This document shows positions 19,192 through 29,274 of a DNA stretch of 64,000 nucleotides, in pieces. The DNA comes from Candidatus Methanomethylophilaceae archaeon (GTDB lineage Archaea; Thermoplasmatota; Thermoplasmata; Methanomassiliicoccales; Methanomethylophilaceae). The notes beneath the pieces are model-generated. The model was not told the origin of the DNA. It did no database searches and saw only the letters and a list, made by a program, of their open reading frames with translations. The stretch's first letter is position 1, and each line of letters starts with the position of its first letter. The stretch covers positions 1 to 64,000 of the forward strand of contig JBMNQN010000005.1 in the NCBI GenBank assembly GCA_050944155.1. The letters run 5' to 3'. Both the position numbers and the translations under genes were made by a program.

Positions 19192-20094
19192 TCAGTCTAT
19201 GCGTTTCAGTCTCTTGAGATCCGGCTCGTAAATCGCTCCGTTGTCCATCAGCGCATCCGATATCTCTTCCAGTTCGGCGGCGGTGATGCCTTCGGCCTCA
19301 GCGTGTTTTTCGACTTCTTCCCTCAGAGCCCCTTTGCCGTCCATGTCCAATTCGCTGATCAGACGCAGAATCGTATCTTCCATATCCCTGCGCTCTGCCG
19401 CGGACTGCACAGGATCCAAATCGATTTCGTCCGGGGAGTCGTCAATGTCTTCGGGGAATCCGAAGTCGATTTCGCTGTCGGGCAGAAGCATTCTCAGGGC
19501 GTTCTGAATCGTTTTCATATAGGGCCCCGAATCGGGCATTCCGTAGTTGTTGAGGGCGGAATCGATTCCTTCGGCTTCTTCGGGAGAAAATCCCGCGGCA
19601 ATCAGTTCTTTCGAAGAAGTGCTGTTCACCGCAACGGCTTTTTTCATTTTGACGAGTCTTTCCCAAAGGGATTTCGCGGAACTGAGAATCCAGCGGTTTC
19701 TCGTTTCCTCGTCCACCTGAACAATCGTTTCCGGTCTGATCGAAACAAAGACGCGGCCGTCGTCCGACGTATACGTGCGAACTTTTCCCACCACGGCGAC
19801 GAAAGCCGGAACGTCTATATCGGCGATGGATGCCGCCGCTTCGGGTTGGAATTTCCCGACGTTTATGAAGAAATTACCGGAAACGTCCTGGATGCGGCCT
19901 CTCCACAGGGGCTCGTCTTCGCTTCCTATGTTTTCCTTTTCGGTGAGGACTCCCGCCACAAGAACGCGGTTCACCATCGCGCCCAGTCTCGTAATCAGAT
20001 ACGAAGGCGATTTTTCCTCGTCTCCCCTGACGGTGACGGAAGAACTGTTCAGCTCTCCCGCAAACATTCTCCATGCGGTTTCGCGGGCTATCAT
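19192..20094 (-). CDS. RPA-associated OB-fold protein with C-terminal winged helix
   Basis: RETAWRMFAGE, VNRVLVAGVLTE, FVAVVGKVRTY, SIRPE, GAIYEP; translationally coupled to rpa. Confidence 0.85.
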   Translation of the reverse strand: MIARETAWRMFAGELNSSSVTVRGDEEKSPSYLITRLGAMVNRVLVAGVLTEKENIGSEDEPLWRGRIQDVSGNFFINVGKFQPEAAASIADIDVPAFVAVVGKVRTYTSDDGRVFVSIRPETIVQVDEETRNRWILSSAKSLWERLVKMKKAVAVNSTSSKELIAAGFSPEEAEGIDSALNNYGMPDSGPYMKTIQNALRMLLPDSEIDFGFPEDIDDSPDEIDLDPVQSAAERRDMEDTILRLISELDMDGKGALREEVEKHAEAEGITAAELEEISDALMDNGAIYEPDLKRLKRID

Positions 20095-21416
20095 AGGGCT
20101 GCCTCCACTTTCTTCAGAAGCTCTTCCGCTTCCGATACTATGTCCTCTTTAACGATCTCTCCGTCGCGCACGATCATCATGGGTCCGTACTCGTCGCACA
20201 TGACGTTTCCCGTCAGAGACATCTTTTTGATTATTACGGTCTTCGCAAGTTCGCGGCCGACGGAATCCATGTTCCCTTTGGCCTTTGCCAGACCCTCCGC
20301 CATTCCCAGCGTGATTCCGGTGAGTTTTTCAGTCAGATCCCGGTTGATTATCGCATTGAGAGCTCCGGTGCCGTCGTCGACGGTCAGTTTCAGTCTGAGG
20401 TCCAGTACGGAATCCACGCTTCCGTGCATCTGGCACTCTCCGTTCATAATCGAACGTTTGCACTCGGGACAGCGTTCGATGAGTCCGCTCCCGCGCCTGA
20501 CGTCCATAACCGTTCCGACTATGTTTATGTCCAGTCCGCCGCCGTTTTTGACTATGTCCCCTATTTCCCTGGTTGCTGCGGTCTTTCCGACGGAGGCTCC
20601 GAACGTGTCGTCCACCCTGCTGACTTCGCAGCGGTCTCCCATGTTAAGCTGGGGAATGCCTTTCCAGCTGCGGATGTATGCGTTCTTAATGCACACGGTC
20701 TCGCCTTCTTTCAGCTGAAAATCGTTCCATGCGGAATACTGTATTTTTCCTGTGTCGTCGGCTATTATTCCGGAATACACCGTTTTCGGTTCGTTTTTCA
20801 CGATGATGTTTCTTTCTTCCGCGGAAAGGATTTTTCCGGTGACCGTAACGTTGCCCATTCCTCCGGTTATGTTTCCGATTTTAATTTCGGAAGCTTCCAT
20901 GGAGATGACCCTGTCGGGAACGTCTACGCGCATTCCTTCGGCGGGTTCGACGCGTCCGCGGGAACCCATGTTGATCTGTATTTTATCGTTCCAGAGTTTT
21001 ATGTAGGCGCTTCTGAACCAGTAGACGTCGCCTTTGTTTATCTCTGTGCTCTCGCCCTCCCATACGGTGAAGGACGCGGTGCCGGTTTCGTCGCCCACGA
21101 TTCCGGAGATGATCGTCTTGGGATTTCCTCTGACGGTGATTTCTTTCTTTTCGGCGTAAACGGCTTTGAGAAGCAGGTCCACGCTCTGCTCCGTTCCGTT
21201 GAGTTCGCTTATCTTCTTGGTGACTGCGGTGCTTTGAAAAGGATTCTGTTCCAGGGCTCCGAATTTACGGAGGATTCCTCTTTTCGCGGCATCCGGAGAC
21301 ACGTGGAATTCATTGACGTACTTTTTGAGTTCGCTCATTATCTGTTCGTCGTCGACTTTGTCTTTAAGCACCCTTTTCAGTTCTTCAAAATGGGGTGTCA
21401 GCTCTTCTTCGTTCAT
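20091..21416 (-). CDS. rpa: Replication protein A (ssDNA binding, three OB folds and a Zn finger)
   Basis: Repeated GDETG/ADDTG/DDGTG OB motifs; CPEC...CQMH zinc finger. Confidence 0.9.
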   Translation of the reverse strand: MNEEELTPHFEELKRVLKDKVDDEQIMSELKKYVNEFHVSPDAAKRGILRKFGALEQNPFQSTAVTKKISELNGTEQSVDLLLKAVYAEKKEITVRGNPKTIISGIVGDETGTASFTVWEGESTEINKGDVYWFRSAYIKLWNDKIQINMGSRGRVEPAEGMRVDVPDRVISMEASEIKIGNITGGMGNVTVTGKILSAEERNIIVKNEPKTVYSGIIADDTGKIQYSAWNDFQLKEGETVCIKNAYIRSWKGIPQLNMGDRCEVSRVDDTFGASVGKTAATREIGDIVKNGGGLDINIVGTVMDVRRGSGLIERCPECKRSIMNGECQMHGSVDSVLDLRLKLTVDDGTGALNAIINRDLTEKLTGITLGMAEGLAKAKGNMDSVGRELAKTVIIKKMSLTGNVMCDEYGPMMIVRDGEIVKEDIVSEAEELLKKVEAAL

Positions 21417-21481
21417 TTTATCGACCTCCGCCCAAGCGGTACGACTCCAAGGTTCTTAATGGTATAAAACCTAAACCTAGG

Positions 21482-21596
21482 GGTCGCCGAACGGGCCGAA
21501 AGTGGTACGGTTCCGCAATTTCCCGCATTCTTTTCCGATATGCGGAACATCGGCCGAATCCGTTCCCCGGGGAGACGTACCGCCGACCGCAGGGTT
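21482..21596 (+). ncRNA. Candidate structured RNA between rpa and purP
   Basis: Four nested complementary pairs plus a crossing 8-bp pair, read by eye. No Rfam identity established. Confidence 0.25.
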
Positions 21597-21639
21597 CCGG
21601 CAGTCCCAACGTTTAAATCCACGATATCTATAATCGAAT

Positions 21640-22713
21640 ATGGTTCCTAAGAAGAAGATCGATGAAATTCTCGACGGTTACGATCCTTCTGACATCACTA
21701 TAGCGACTCTGTGTTCCCACTCGTCGCTGCAGGTTTTTCACGGAGCCCGCAAGATGGGTTTTAAGACTCTGGGTCTTACGGTTTCCCACGATACCAGATA
21801 TTACGACGCGTTTCCGCTGGCAAAACCCGACAAGATAATCAAATACTCCGATTTCGACGAAATGGAAGAACGCATCGGCGAACTTCACGACCTGAACACC
21901 GTAATCATACCCCACGGTTCCTTCGTCGAATACATGGGAACGCGCAGATTCGAAGACTTCGCCGTGCCCTCGTACGGAAACAGGGCGGTTCTCTTCTGGG
22001 AATCCGACAGATCCAAGCAGAGGGAATGGATTACTTCGGCGGGAGTTCCCATGCCCCGTCTCATATCCGACGCAAGGGAAATCCGCGAACCGGTCATGGT
22101 GAAATACCACGGAGCCAAAGGCGGACGCGGATTCTTCATCGCGAAAGATTACCCGGACTTCAAGATGTCCATAGACAATACCCAGCCCTATACGGTGCAG
22201 GAATACTGTCTGGGTACCCGTTATTACATTCACTACTTCTACGACCGTTTCAAACACGACGGATATCTGTGCGACAACGGCGGATCCCTGGAACTGCTGT
22301 CCATGGACCGCAGGGACGAGAGCAACATAGATGAGATGTATAAACTCGGTTCCCTCGAAGATTCGAAGAGGCACGGACTGTATCCGTCCTTCGTCGTTAC
22401 GGGAAACACCCCCGTGGTTCTCCGCGAGTCCCTTCTTCCCAAAGCATTCGAAATGGGACAGAAGGTCGTCGACCGTGCGTTCGAAATGTTCGGCGGAATA
22501 TGGGGGCCGTTCTGTCTCGAGACGGTCGTAAGCGATAAACTTCAGTTCAAGGTGTTCGAAATCTCCGCGCGCATAGTGGCGGGAACGAACCCGTTTATTT
22601 CCGGTTCTCCGTACGCGGACCTGGTATATCCGGGTCTGAGCACCGGCGGGCGCATGGCTCTGGATATCAAAAACGCAGCCGAAAACGGAAGGCTGAAGGA
22701 AATTCTGACCTGA
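21640..22713 (+). CDS. purP: PurP-family ATP-grasp ligase (formate-dependent FAICAR synthetase family)
   Basis: ATLCSHSSLQ, IPHGSF, GAKGGRGFF, VTGNTPVVLRESLL, GPFCLE, FEISARIVAGTN. Confidence 0.93.
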   Translation: MVPKKKIDEILDGYDPSDITIATLCSHSSLQVFHGARKMGFKTLGLTVSHDTRYYDAFPLAKPDKIIKYSDFDEMEERIGELHDLNTVIIPHGSFVEYMGTRRFEDFAVPSYGNRAVLFWESDRSKQREWITSAGVPMPRLISDAREIREPVMVKYHGAKGGRGFFIAKDYPDFKMSIDNTQPYTVQEYCLGTRYYIHYFYDRFKHDGYLCDNGGSLELLSMDRRDESNIDEMYKLGSLEDSKRHGLYPSFVVTGNTPVVLRESLLPKAFEMGQKVVDRAFEMFGGIWGPFCLETVVSDKLQFKVFEISARIVAGTNPFISGSPYADLVYPGLSTGGRMALDIKNAAENGRLKEILT

Positions 22714-22744
22714 GTCAGCCATTATATAGATATAGTTCTCTGAC

Positions 22745-23920
22745 ATGGCGACTCGGGGCGCAAAAATGGTATCAAGAAGGGTTCAGGATATACTCGCATC
22801 GCAAACCGTTGCCATTTCAAATAAAGTAAGCAGACTCAAGGCCGAAGGACAGGACATAATTTCGTTCTCCATGGGCGAACCGGATTTCAACACTCCTCAG
22901 AATATCGTCCAATCCTGTATCGATTCCCTTAACAGCGGATTCACCCATTACACGCCGTCTCCGGGCATTCCCGAACTGAGAACCGCGGTGGCCGAAATCG
23001 CCTGCAGGGAAAACGGAATCGGATGCAAACCCGGCAACGTTCTCGTCACTCCGACCAAACACGCGATTTTCATGGCATGTCTGGCATATCTCGATCCCGG
23101 GGACGAAGTCATACTTCCCGACCCCGCCTGGGCATCCTACGAAGCGTGCATCCGTCTCGCGTGCGCCAAACCCGTATTCGTTCCCACCGAGTTCGAAAAC
23201 GATTTCGTCATAGACCCGGCACTTATAGAGGCGGCAATCACCCCGAAAACCAAAATGATGATAATCAACACCCCGTCGAACCCCACCGGGTGCGTCATTC
23301 CCGAAAAAGTTCTCAGGGAGATTGCCAAGATAGCCATAGAACACGACATCATGATTCTCTCCGACGAGATTTACGAGAAAGTCATCTACGAAGGAAAGCA
23401 CGTTTCCATGGCGTCGTTCCCCGGAATGTTCGGGAGAACCATAACCGTATCCGGATTTTCCAAAACCTATGCGATGACCGGATGGAGAGTCGGATGGGCC
23501 ATAGCCGACGAGGAACACATAATCAACATCAACAAACTCCAGTCCCATTCGATATCCTGCTGCGTGTCGTTCGCCCAGCAGGCAGCGGTGGAAGCCCTCG
23601 TAGGGCCCCAGGACGAACGCAAAAGATTCCTGAAAATTTTCAAACAGCGCAGGGATCTGGCTATCGATCTGATCGACGATATGAAGGGTTTGGACGTCAA
23701 CGTTCCCCAGGGAGCGTTCTACCTGTTCCCCAAATACAGCGCGGACATCAAATCTTCGGTGCTGGCACATAAGCTTCTCGACAGCGCTCACGTGGCGGTG
23801 ACTCCAGGCTCGGCTTTCGGCCCCGCGGGAGAAGGGTTCTTCAGGATTTCGTATGCCACCAGCGAAGACCAAATACGCGAAGGTTTTGCCAGAATCAAGA
23901 AGTTCCTCGACGAGTACTGA
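22745..23920 (+). CDS. PLP-dependent aminotransferase class I/II (aspartate aminotransferase-like)
   Basis: GEPDF, NTPSNPTG, SDEIY, GFSKTYAMTGWRVG, GAFY, RISYA. Confidence 0.93.
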   Translation: MATRGAKMVSRRVQDILASQTVAISNKVSRLKAEGQDIISFSMGEPDFNTPQNIVQSCIDSLNSGFTHYTPSPGIPELRTAVAEIACRENGIGCKPGNVLVTPTKHAIFMACLAYLDPGDEVILPDPAWASYEACIRLACAKPVFVPTEFENDFVIDPALIEAAITPKTKMMIINTPSNPTGCVIPEKVLREIAKIAIEHDIMILSDEIYEKVIYEGKHVSMASFPGMFGRTITVSGFSKTYAMTGWRVGWAIADEEHIININKLQSHSISCCVSFAQQAAVEALVGPQDERKRFLKIFKQRRDLAIDLIDDMKGLDVNVPQGAFYLFPKYSADIKSSVLAHKLLDSAHVAVTPGSAFGPAGEGFFRISYATSEDQIREGFARIKKFLDEY

Positions 23921-23997
23921 GCGTCCGCCAAAATAAATATAGGTTAGTTTATAGGCGTTCACGCTCCGCGCGCACGTGCGGTATAGAGGGATTCCGT

Positions 23998-25065
23998 TTG
24001 ATCAGAAAGTTGTTCACAGTAGGGCCTGTTAACGTGGAACCGGAAGTTCTGCAGGCCATGACCGCACCTATGATCACCCATAGGTCCAAAGAATACAAAA
24101 AATTGCACCAATCCGTTGTCGAAAAAATCAGGAAGGCGCTGGGAACTGATCAGGATGTTTTCCTTGCCGGCGGTTCCGCCACAGTCTTCATCGAAGGTGC
24201 GATGAGAAACGGAATTTCGTCAAAATCTCTCGGAATAACCGGAGGTTCGTTTGGCGACAGGTCCATCGAGGCCGCCGAACTCAACGGAAAAACCGTCGAG
24301 AAAGTAATCGTTCCGCCGGGAAAGAACATCAGGCCCGAATGCATCGAAGGGAAAGTCGGAAAGGACATCGAAGCCGTTCACTGGGTCAGCAACGAATCTT
24401 CAACCGGAGTTTTCTGCGATTCCTGTGCGATAGCGGACGAAGTAAGGAAACAGAATCCCGACGCCCTCGTATTCATAGACGCCGTGACTTCCGCTTTCGC
24501 CATGGACCTTAATGTCGGAAAGCTGGAACCGGACGCGCTGGTTTTCGGAACCCAGAAGGCTCTGGCACTCCCTCCCGGACTGGCACTTATGGTATGTTCG
24601 GAAAAGATGCTGAAAAAAGCGTCCGAGGTCAAAAACCGCGGATTTTACACCGATTTGTTGAAGATAAAGAAACAGAGCGACGTGGATTACGCTCTCACGA
24701 CCCCTCCCGTTTCGCTGATTTACGCGCTGGACTTCCAGCTCGACAGAATCCTTGCGGAGGGAATGCAGTCCAGGTACAGAAGGCACAAAGAGATGGCCGA
24801 CCTGGTAAGGAAATGGTCGTCCAAACTCGACGGAGTGTTTCCGGAAGAGGGCGCCCGTTCCAACACTATAGGCGTTCTGAACCGGGGAGAACTGGATTTC
24901 GATAAATTCCACACGGCGCTGAAAGCCCGCGGATACGAAATATCCGGAGGCTACGGAGCAATCAAAGAAAAAACTTTCAGAATAGGACACATGGGCGATC
25001 TGACTCCGGCGAGGGTCAAAGAACTCCTGTCCGTCATGGATGAAGTATTGGAGGAGATGGATTGA
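23998..25065 (+). CDS. Class V aminotransferase, probable archaeal phosphoserine aminotransferase
   Basis: LFTVGPV, NESSTGV, DAVTS, GTQKALALPPG, FRIGHMG; overlaps the serA start. Confidence 0.85.
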   Translation: MIRKLFTVGPVNVEPEVLQAMTAPMITHRSKEYKKLHQSVVEKIRKALGTDQDVFLAGGSATVFIEGAMRNGISSKSLGITGGSFGDRSIEAAELNGKTVEKVIVPPGKNIRPECIEGKVGKDIEAVHWVSNESSTGVFCDSCAIADEVRKQNPDALVFIDAVTSAFAMDLNVGKLEPDALVFGTQKALALPPGLALMVCSEKMLKKASEVKNRGFYTDLLKIKKQSDVDYALTTPPVSLIYALDFQLDRILAEGMQSRYRRHKEMADLVRKWSSKLDGVFPEEGARSNTIGVLNRGELDFDKFHTALKARGYEISGGYGAIKEKTFRIGHMGDLTPARVKELLSVMDEVLEEMD

Positions 25066-26651
25066 AAGCTAAAATTCTGGTCTCGGACCCCCTTGCCGAA
25101 GAAGGTCTGCAGATTCTCAAAGACTCGGGATTCCCGGTGGATGTTAAAACCAAACTTACCGAAGACGAACTGTGCGGAATTATCGGAGAATACGACTGTC
25201 TAATCGTAAGGTCCGGAACCAAAGTTACGAAAAAGGTAATCGAAGCCGGCAAAAATCTCAAAGTGGTCGGACGTGCCGGCGTGGGCGTAGACAACATAGA
25301 CGTACCCGCGGCGACCGAGAAAGGAATTCTCGTTATGAACACTCCGTCCGCAAACATTCTTTCGGCTGCCGAACACACGGTTGCCATGCTGCTCTCTCTT
25401 GCCAGAAACATTCCTTTCGCCCACGCTTCCATGCACAAAGGCGAGTGGCAGAGAGGCAAATACACCGGAGTCGAAATGAACGGAAAAACTCTGGGCGTCA
25501 TAGGAGTCGGACGCGTGGGAGGCGAGGTCATCAAACGATTCAAGGGTTTCAACATGAAGATGATCGGATACGACCCGTTCCTGCCCAAAGAAGTCGCAGA
25601 CAATCTGGGAGTCCGTCTGACTACCCTCGAAGAAGTTCTCAGGACCTCCGATTTCATGACCATTCACACTCCTCTGCTTCCCGACACGAAGAATATGATT
25701 TCGACGGAACAGTTCGAAATGATGAAACCCAACGCGAGGCTTGCCAACGTGGCCAGAGGAGGAATCGTGGACGAAGAGGCACTGTACCAGGCTCTGAAAA
25801 ACAAAAGGATTGCCGGAGCCGCTTTCGACGTATGGTGCGAAGAGCCTCTCTGCGAATACGAAAAGAAACTTCTGGAACTGGATAACCTGGTGACCACTCC
25901 CCATCTGGGAGCCAGCACCGTGGAGGCGCAGGAAAGGGTTGCCACCGAGATTGCTGAATGCGTCGTCGCCTATCTCAAAGACGGGACCGTGGCAAACGCG
26001 ATAAACGCTCCCCGCGGAAAACTGGATCCGGAAACCGAAGCTTACGCTCCCCTTGCGGAACGCATGGGAGTGCTGGCACAGAACCTTAACGGCAGTGCGC
26101 CCATAGACGAATTGGAAATCACCTACTGCGGCGGACTTGCCGGAAAGCAGACCAAACTCCTCACCATTTATACGGTAATAGGAGCGCTCAAAAACATAAT
26201 CGGTTCCGGACAGGCAAACCTCATCAACGCTCTGTCCATAGCCAAAGGAAAAGGAATCGCGATAAAAGAGTCCTCTACGGACGAAGCCAAGGAATACACG
26301 AACATAATCGAAGTCAAAACGGTTTCCGGCGGGAAATCCCGCGTAATTCGCGGTACCGTATTCGGAGGACAGCCGAGACTGGTCGGCATCGACGAATACA
26401 GTTTCGAAGTTCCCATGTCCGGCGATATGATTTACGTACGCTACAAGGACACCCCCGGCGTAATCGGAAGCATAGGAACCGCGCTGGGCAACGCCGGAAT
26501 CAACATCGCGCAGATGGCCGTGGGAAGACACGGAGACAGTGCTATGATGGTTCTGATTGTGGACCAGGACGTTTCCTCGGTAACCCTCGGAGACGTGGTC
26601 AGGGCTGCCGGCGCGGAAGATGCCAAATTCATAGATCTGGTTGAAAACTGA
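25062..26651 (+). CDS. serA: D-3-phosphoglycerate dehydrogenase (with ASB and ACT domains)
   Basis: GRAGVGVDNID, GVGRVG, NVARGG, TPHLGAST, DTPGVIG...INIAQM. Confidence 0.96.
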   Translation: MKAKILVSDPLAEEGLQILKDSGFPVDVKTKLTEDELCGIIGEYDCLIVRSGTKVTKKVIEAGKNLKVVGRAGVGVDNIDVPAATEKGILVMNTPSANILSAAEHTVAMLLSLARNIPFAHASMHKGEWQRGKYTGVEMNGKTLGVIGVGRVGGEVIKRFKGFNMKMIGYDPFLPKEVADNLGVRLTTLEEVLRTSDFMTIHTPLLPDTKNMISTEQFEMMKPNARLANVARGGIVDEEALYQALKNKRIAGAAFDVWCEEPLCEYEKKLLELDNLVTTPHLGASTVEAQERVATEIAECVVAYLKDGTVANAINAPRGKLDPETEAYAPLAERMGVLAQNLNGSAPIDELEITYCGGLAGKQTKLLTIYTVIGALKNIIGSGQANLINALSIAKGKGIAIKESSTDEAKEYTNIIEVKTVSGGKSRVIRGTVFGGQPRLVGIDEYSFEVPMSGDMIYVRYKDTPGVIGSIGTALGNAGINIAQMAVGRHGDSAMMVLIVDQDVSSVTLGDVVRAAGAEDAKFIDLVEN

Positions 26652-26660
26652 GGAGAAAAA

Positions 26661-27050
26661 ATGAAGACGATAATCACCGTCGAAGAGCTTACCCAGGCGA
26701 TAAGAAACGGAATTCAAGAGGCAAACTCCGAGATGGAAGAAGAGCAGGCCTACCAGCTGGTTCTTCACGTTCTCAATTTCTTCGGATATTCGGACAGAAT
26801 AATAGACAACATCCTCGAACCGGAAGACCGGGACGCGTTCTATATGCTCGAAGACGCGGGAATACTCACGACCGAGAGGGAAGAGACCACCCTCTACGAC
26901 GGAAGGGAGTGGAGAATACACTACTGGCTCTTCAGGAAAAACAGAATAGAGGAGCTCATATCCGAGACGGTGCCGAAAGAACCCGAAAAAGAAGAGGAGC
27001 AGTCTCTCTACGACGAGCTGCCCGATGACATATGGAAGAGAAGCGGCTGA
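26661..27050 (+). CDS. Conserved hypothetical protein (DUF6015-like, possible winged helix)
   Basis: NFFGYSDRIIDNILEPEDRDAFYMLEDAGIL...WRIHYW; GAGGAG RBS; overlaps xpd. Confidence 0.75.
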   Translation: MKTIITVEELTQAIRNGIQEANSEMEEEQAYQLVLHVLNFFGYSDRIIDNILEPEDRDAFYMLEDAGILTTEREETTLYDGREWRIHYWLFRKNRIEELISETVPKEPEKEEEQSLYDELPDDIWKRSG

Positions 27051-28987
27051 CGCCGGAAGACATATTCCCATATCCTTTCAGAACCGGTCAGAGAGAAATG
27101 GTCCGGTTTCTGTACGAAACCGCCGTAGTCGGAGGAGCTGCCGTAATAGAATCCGGAACCGGTACCGGGAAAACGATCTCTTCTCTCGCGTCTTCGGTCG
27201 TTGCCGCGGAAGCTGTCGGCTGCAAAGTAATCTATCTGACAAGGACAAAGTCCCAGCAGAAACAGATTGTTACCGAATGTTCCCGTATTTCAGAGAAGAA
27301 ACCTCTGGTATGTGCACCGATACAGGGACGCAGCGTTTCCATGTGTCCCATGATGTCCGGCAATCCGGAGCTTGCTTCGGGTTCGCCGGAAGAACTTTCC
27401 AAACTCTGTTCAGAATACAAGAAAAAGGAAGACGGAATCTGCGCCTGCAGATATTTTTCCAACGCCGAAAACGCGGACATCCTGGATTTGGTTTCTTACG
27501 TTAAGGAAAAGCATCCGACGCAGGAGGAATTTTCGGAATACTGCGCGGAAAAGGAAATGTGCGCCTACGAGACCATGAAAAGGATTCTGCCCGAAGCCGA
27601 TGTCATCGCCGCTCCGTATCCGTTCTTTTTCATGCCTCAGATACTTTACCGTTTCACGGAATGGACCGGTGTCTCTTTGGAATCGATAATTGTCGTCATA
27701 GACGAGGCCCACAACCTTCCCGATTACCTGAGGGAGGTCATGACCTCAGAGTACAGCCTGGAAGCACTGGCACTTGCGGAAAAGGAGGCGAGGGAACAGG
27801 GCGACCCGGAAGTGGCGGAGGGTCTGAAAATAACCGACGTTACGTCCGTAATCGGAGAAATAATGAGAGCCGCAACGGAATACATAATCGAAGACGACGG
27901 TCTTATTCCTCCGTATTTTCTCCAGGACGAACTGATGGAACGTCTGGGCACAACGTCAAGAACCATTTCCCGCATAATTGATTCCTTCGAAGTTCTGGGC
28001 GAAATCATTATCGAGTCCAAAAAACAGAAGAAAAAACTTCCCCGTTCTTACATAGGGTCCCTGGGCAGGTTTCTCAGAAACTGGTATTCAACGGAGGACG
28101 GATATTACGTCAGACTCGTTACGGGCGGAGAAAATGTGAGATTCAAACTCTACTGCATGGATCCCAGAGAGGCGTCCCGGCCCCTCTCGATGTGCCACTC
28201 GTCGATACACATGTCGGGTACTCTGGCACCTTTGGATCTGTACGTAAACGAATTGGGTCTGGAAGATGCGGAAACCCGTTTCTTCGCCTCCCCGTTCGAC
28301 CCTTCCAACATCACGGTAAGGCATGTCGAAGACATTTCCACGAAATACGACGAGATGATCAATCCCGAAAATCTGGCTGCGCTGGAACGGAAGACAGTCG
28401 AAATCGTAAAATCAGTAAACCGTAACACCGCCGTGTTTTTTCCTTCGTACAGGCTTATGGACACCTTCATAAGGGACGGAGTTCCGGACGGTATCGGAAG
28501 AGATATTTTCTTTGAACGGAGAGGAATGACCCAGACAGATCTGATGGAGACAGTGGAAGGATTCAGAAACACCCCCCAGAGCGTAATATTCGCGGTCACC
28601 GGCGGAAGAATCAGCGAGGGCCTGGATTTTCCCGACAAAGATTTGGAGGTCGCGGTTCTGGTGGGAATTCCGTACCCGAAACCCACGGCCAAGCATGCGG
28701 CGTTTACGAGGTACTGTGACATAAGATTCGGAGACGGTTTCGAATACGCGTCGAGGATTCCCGCGGAAAGGAAGATGAGACAGGCGATCGGAAGGCTGAT
28801 ACGGTCGGAAAACGACGTGGGAGCCGCGATTATATTGGACAGGCGGGCGGCCGTCATGCCGGGCCTGAATTCTTTTCCCACGAAAACTCCGTGCAGGGAC
28901 ATTGCGGACCATTTCGAGAAGAAAGAAAAACACGCATCCGCACCCATCTGCGATTACGGAACGGGCGATATCGCTCGAAGGGGTTAA
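27032..28987 (+). CDS. xpd: XPD/Rad3-family Fe-S DNA helicase
   Basis: Q motif, SGTGTGKT, Cys-rich FeS region, DEAHN, SGTL, SEGLDF, QAIGRLIRS, LDRR. Confidence 0.92.
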   Translation: MEEKRLTPEDIFPYPFRTGQREMVRFLYETAVVGGAAVIESGTGTGKTISSLASSVVAAEAVGCKVIYLTRTKSQQKQIVTECSRISEKKPLVCAPIQGRSVSMCPMMSGNPELASGSPEELSKLCSEYKKKEDGICACRYFSNAENADILDLVSYVKEKHPTQEEFSEYCAEKEMCAYETMKRILPEADVIAAPYPFFFMPQILYRFTEWTGVSLESIIVVIDEAHNLPDYLREVMTSEYSLEALALAEKEAREQGDPEVAEGLKITDVTSVIGEIMRAATEYIIEDDGLIPPYFLQDELMERLGTTSRTISRIIDSFEVLGEIIIESKKQKKKLPRSYIGSLGRFLRNWYSTEDGYYVRLVTGGENVRFKLYCMDPREASRPLSMCHSSIHMSGTLAPLDLYVNELGLEDAETRFFASPFDPSNITVRHVEDISTKYDEMINPENLAALERKTVEIVKSVNRNTAVFFPSYRLMDTFIRDGVPDGIGRDIFFERRGMTQTDLMETVEGFRNTPQSVIFAVTGGRISEGLDFPDKDLEVAVLVGIPYPKPTAKHAAFTRYCDIRFGDGFEYASRIPAERKMRQAIGRLIRSENDVGAAIILDRRAAVMPGLNSFPTKTPCRDIADHFEKKEKHASAPICDYGTGDIARRG

Positions 28988-29012
28988 TAACAGGAAGGCA
29001 TTATCGCCGTTT

Positions 29013-29273
29013 ATGGCTATAACCGTCGACGAAGATGTTAAAAGATTCATCGAGGAGAGAGGCGTCGATTACAGACTGTGTACCGCCTGCACCGGCCCGG
29101 CTCTGGTTCCCGTAACCGTCAAAGGCCCCAAGACAAGCGATATCAAAATACCGATCGGCAAAAACACTCTCTATGTTTCCGCCGTCCAGGCCAGATACGT
29201 TTCCAGAATCACGCTCAGTATGCTCTATGATTCGGACGACGTAGACCACTGTGTCGCATTCCATTACTACTGA
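29013..29273 (+). CDS. Small conserved hypothetical protein with CxxC motif (86 aa)
   Basis: MAITVDEDVKRFIEERGVDYRLCTACTGPALVP...; TTAATAA box about 25 nt upstream. Confidence 0.75.
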   Translation: MAITVDEDVKRFIEERGVDYRLCTACTGPALVPVTVKGPKTSDIKIPIGKNTLYVSAVQARYVSRITLSMLYDSDDVDHCVAFHYY

Positions 29274-29274
29274 G

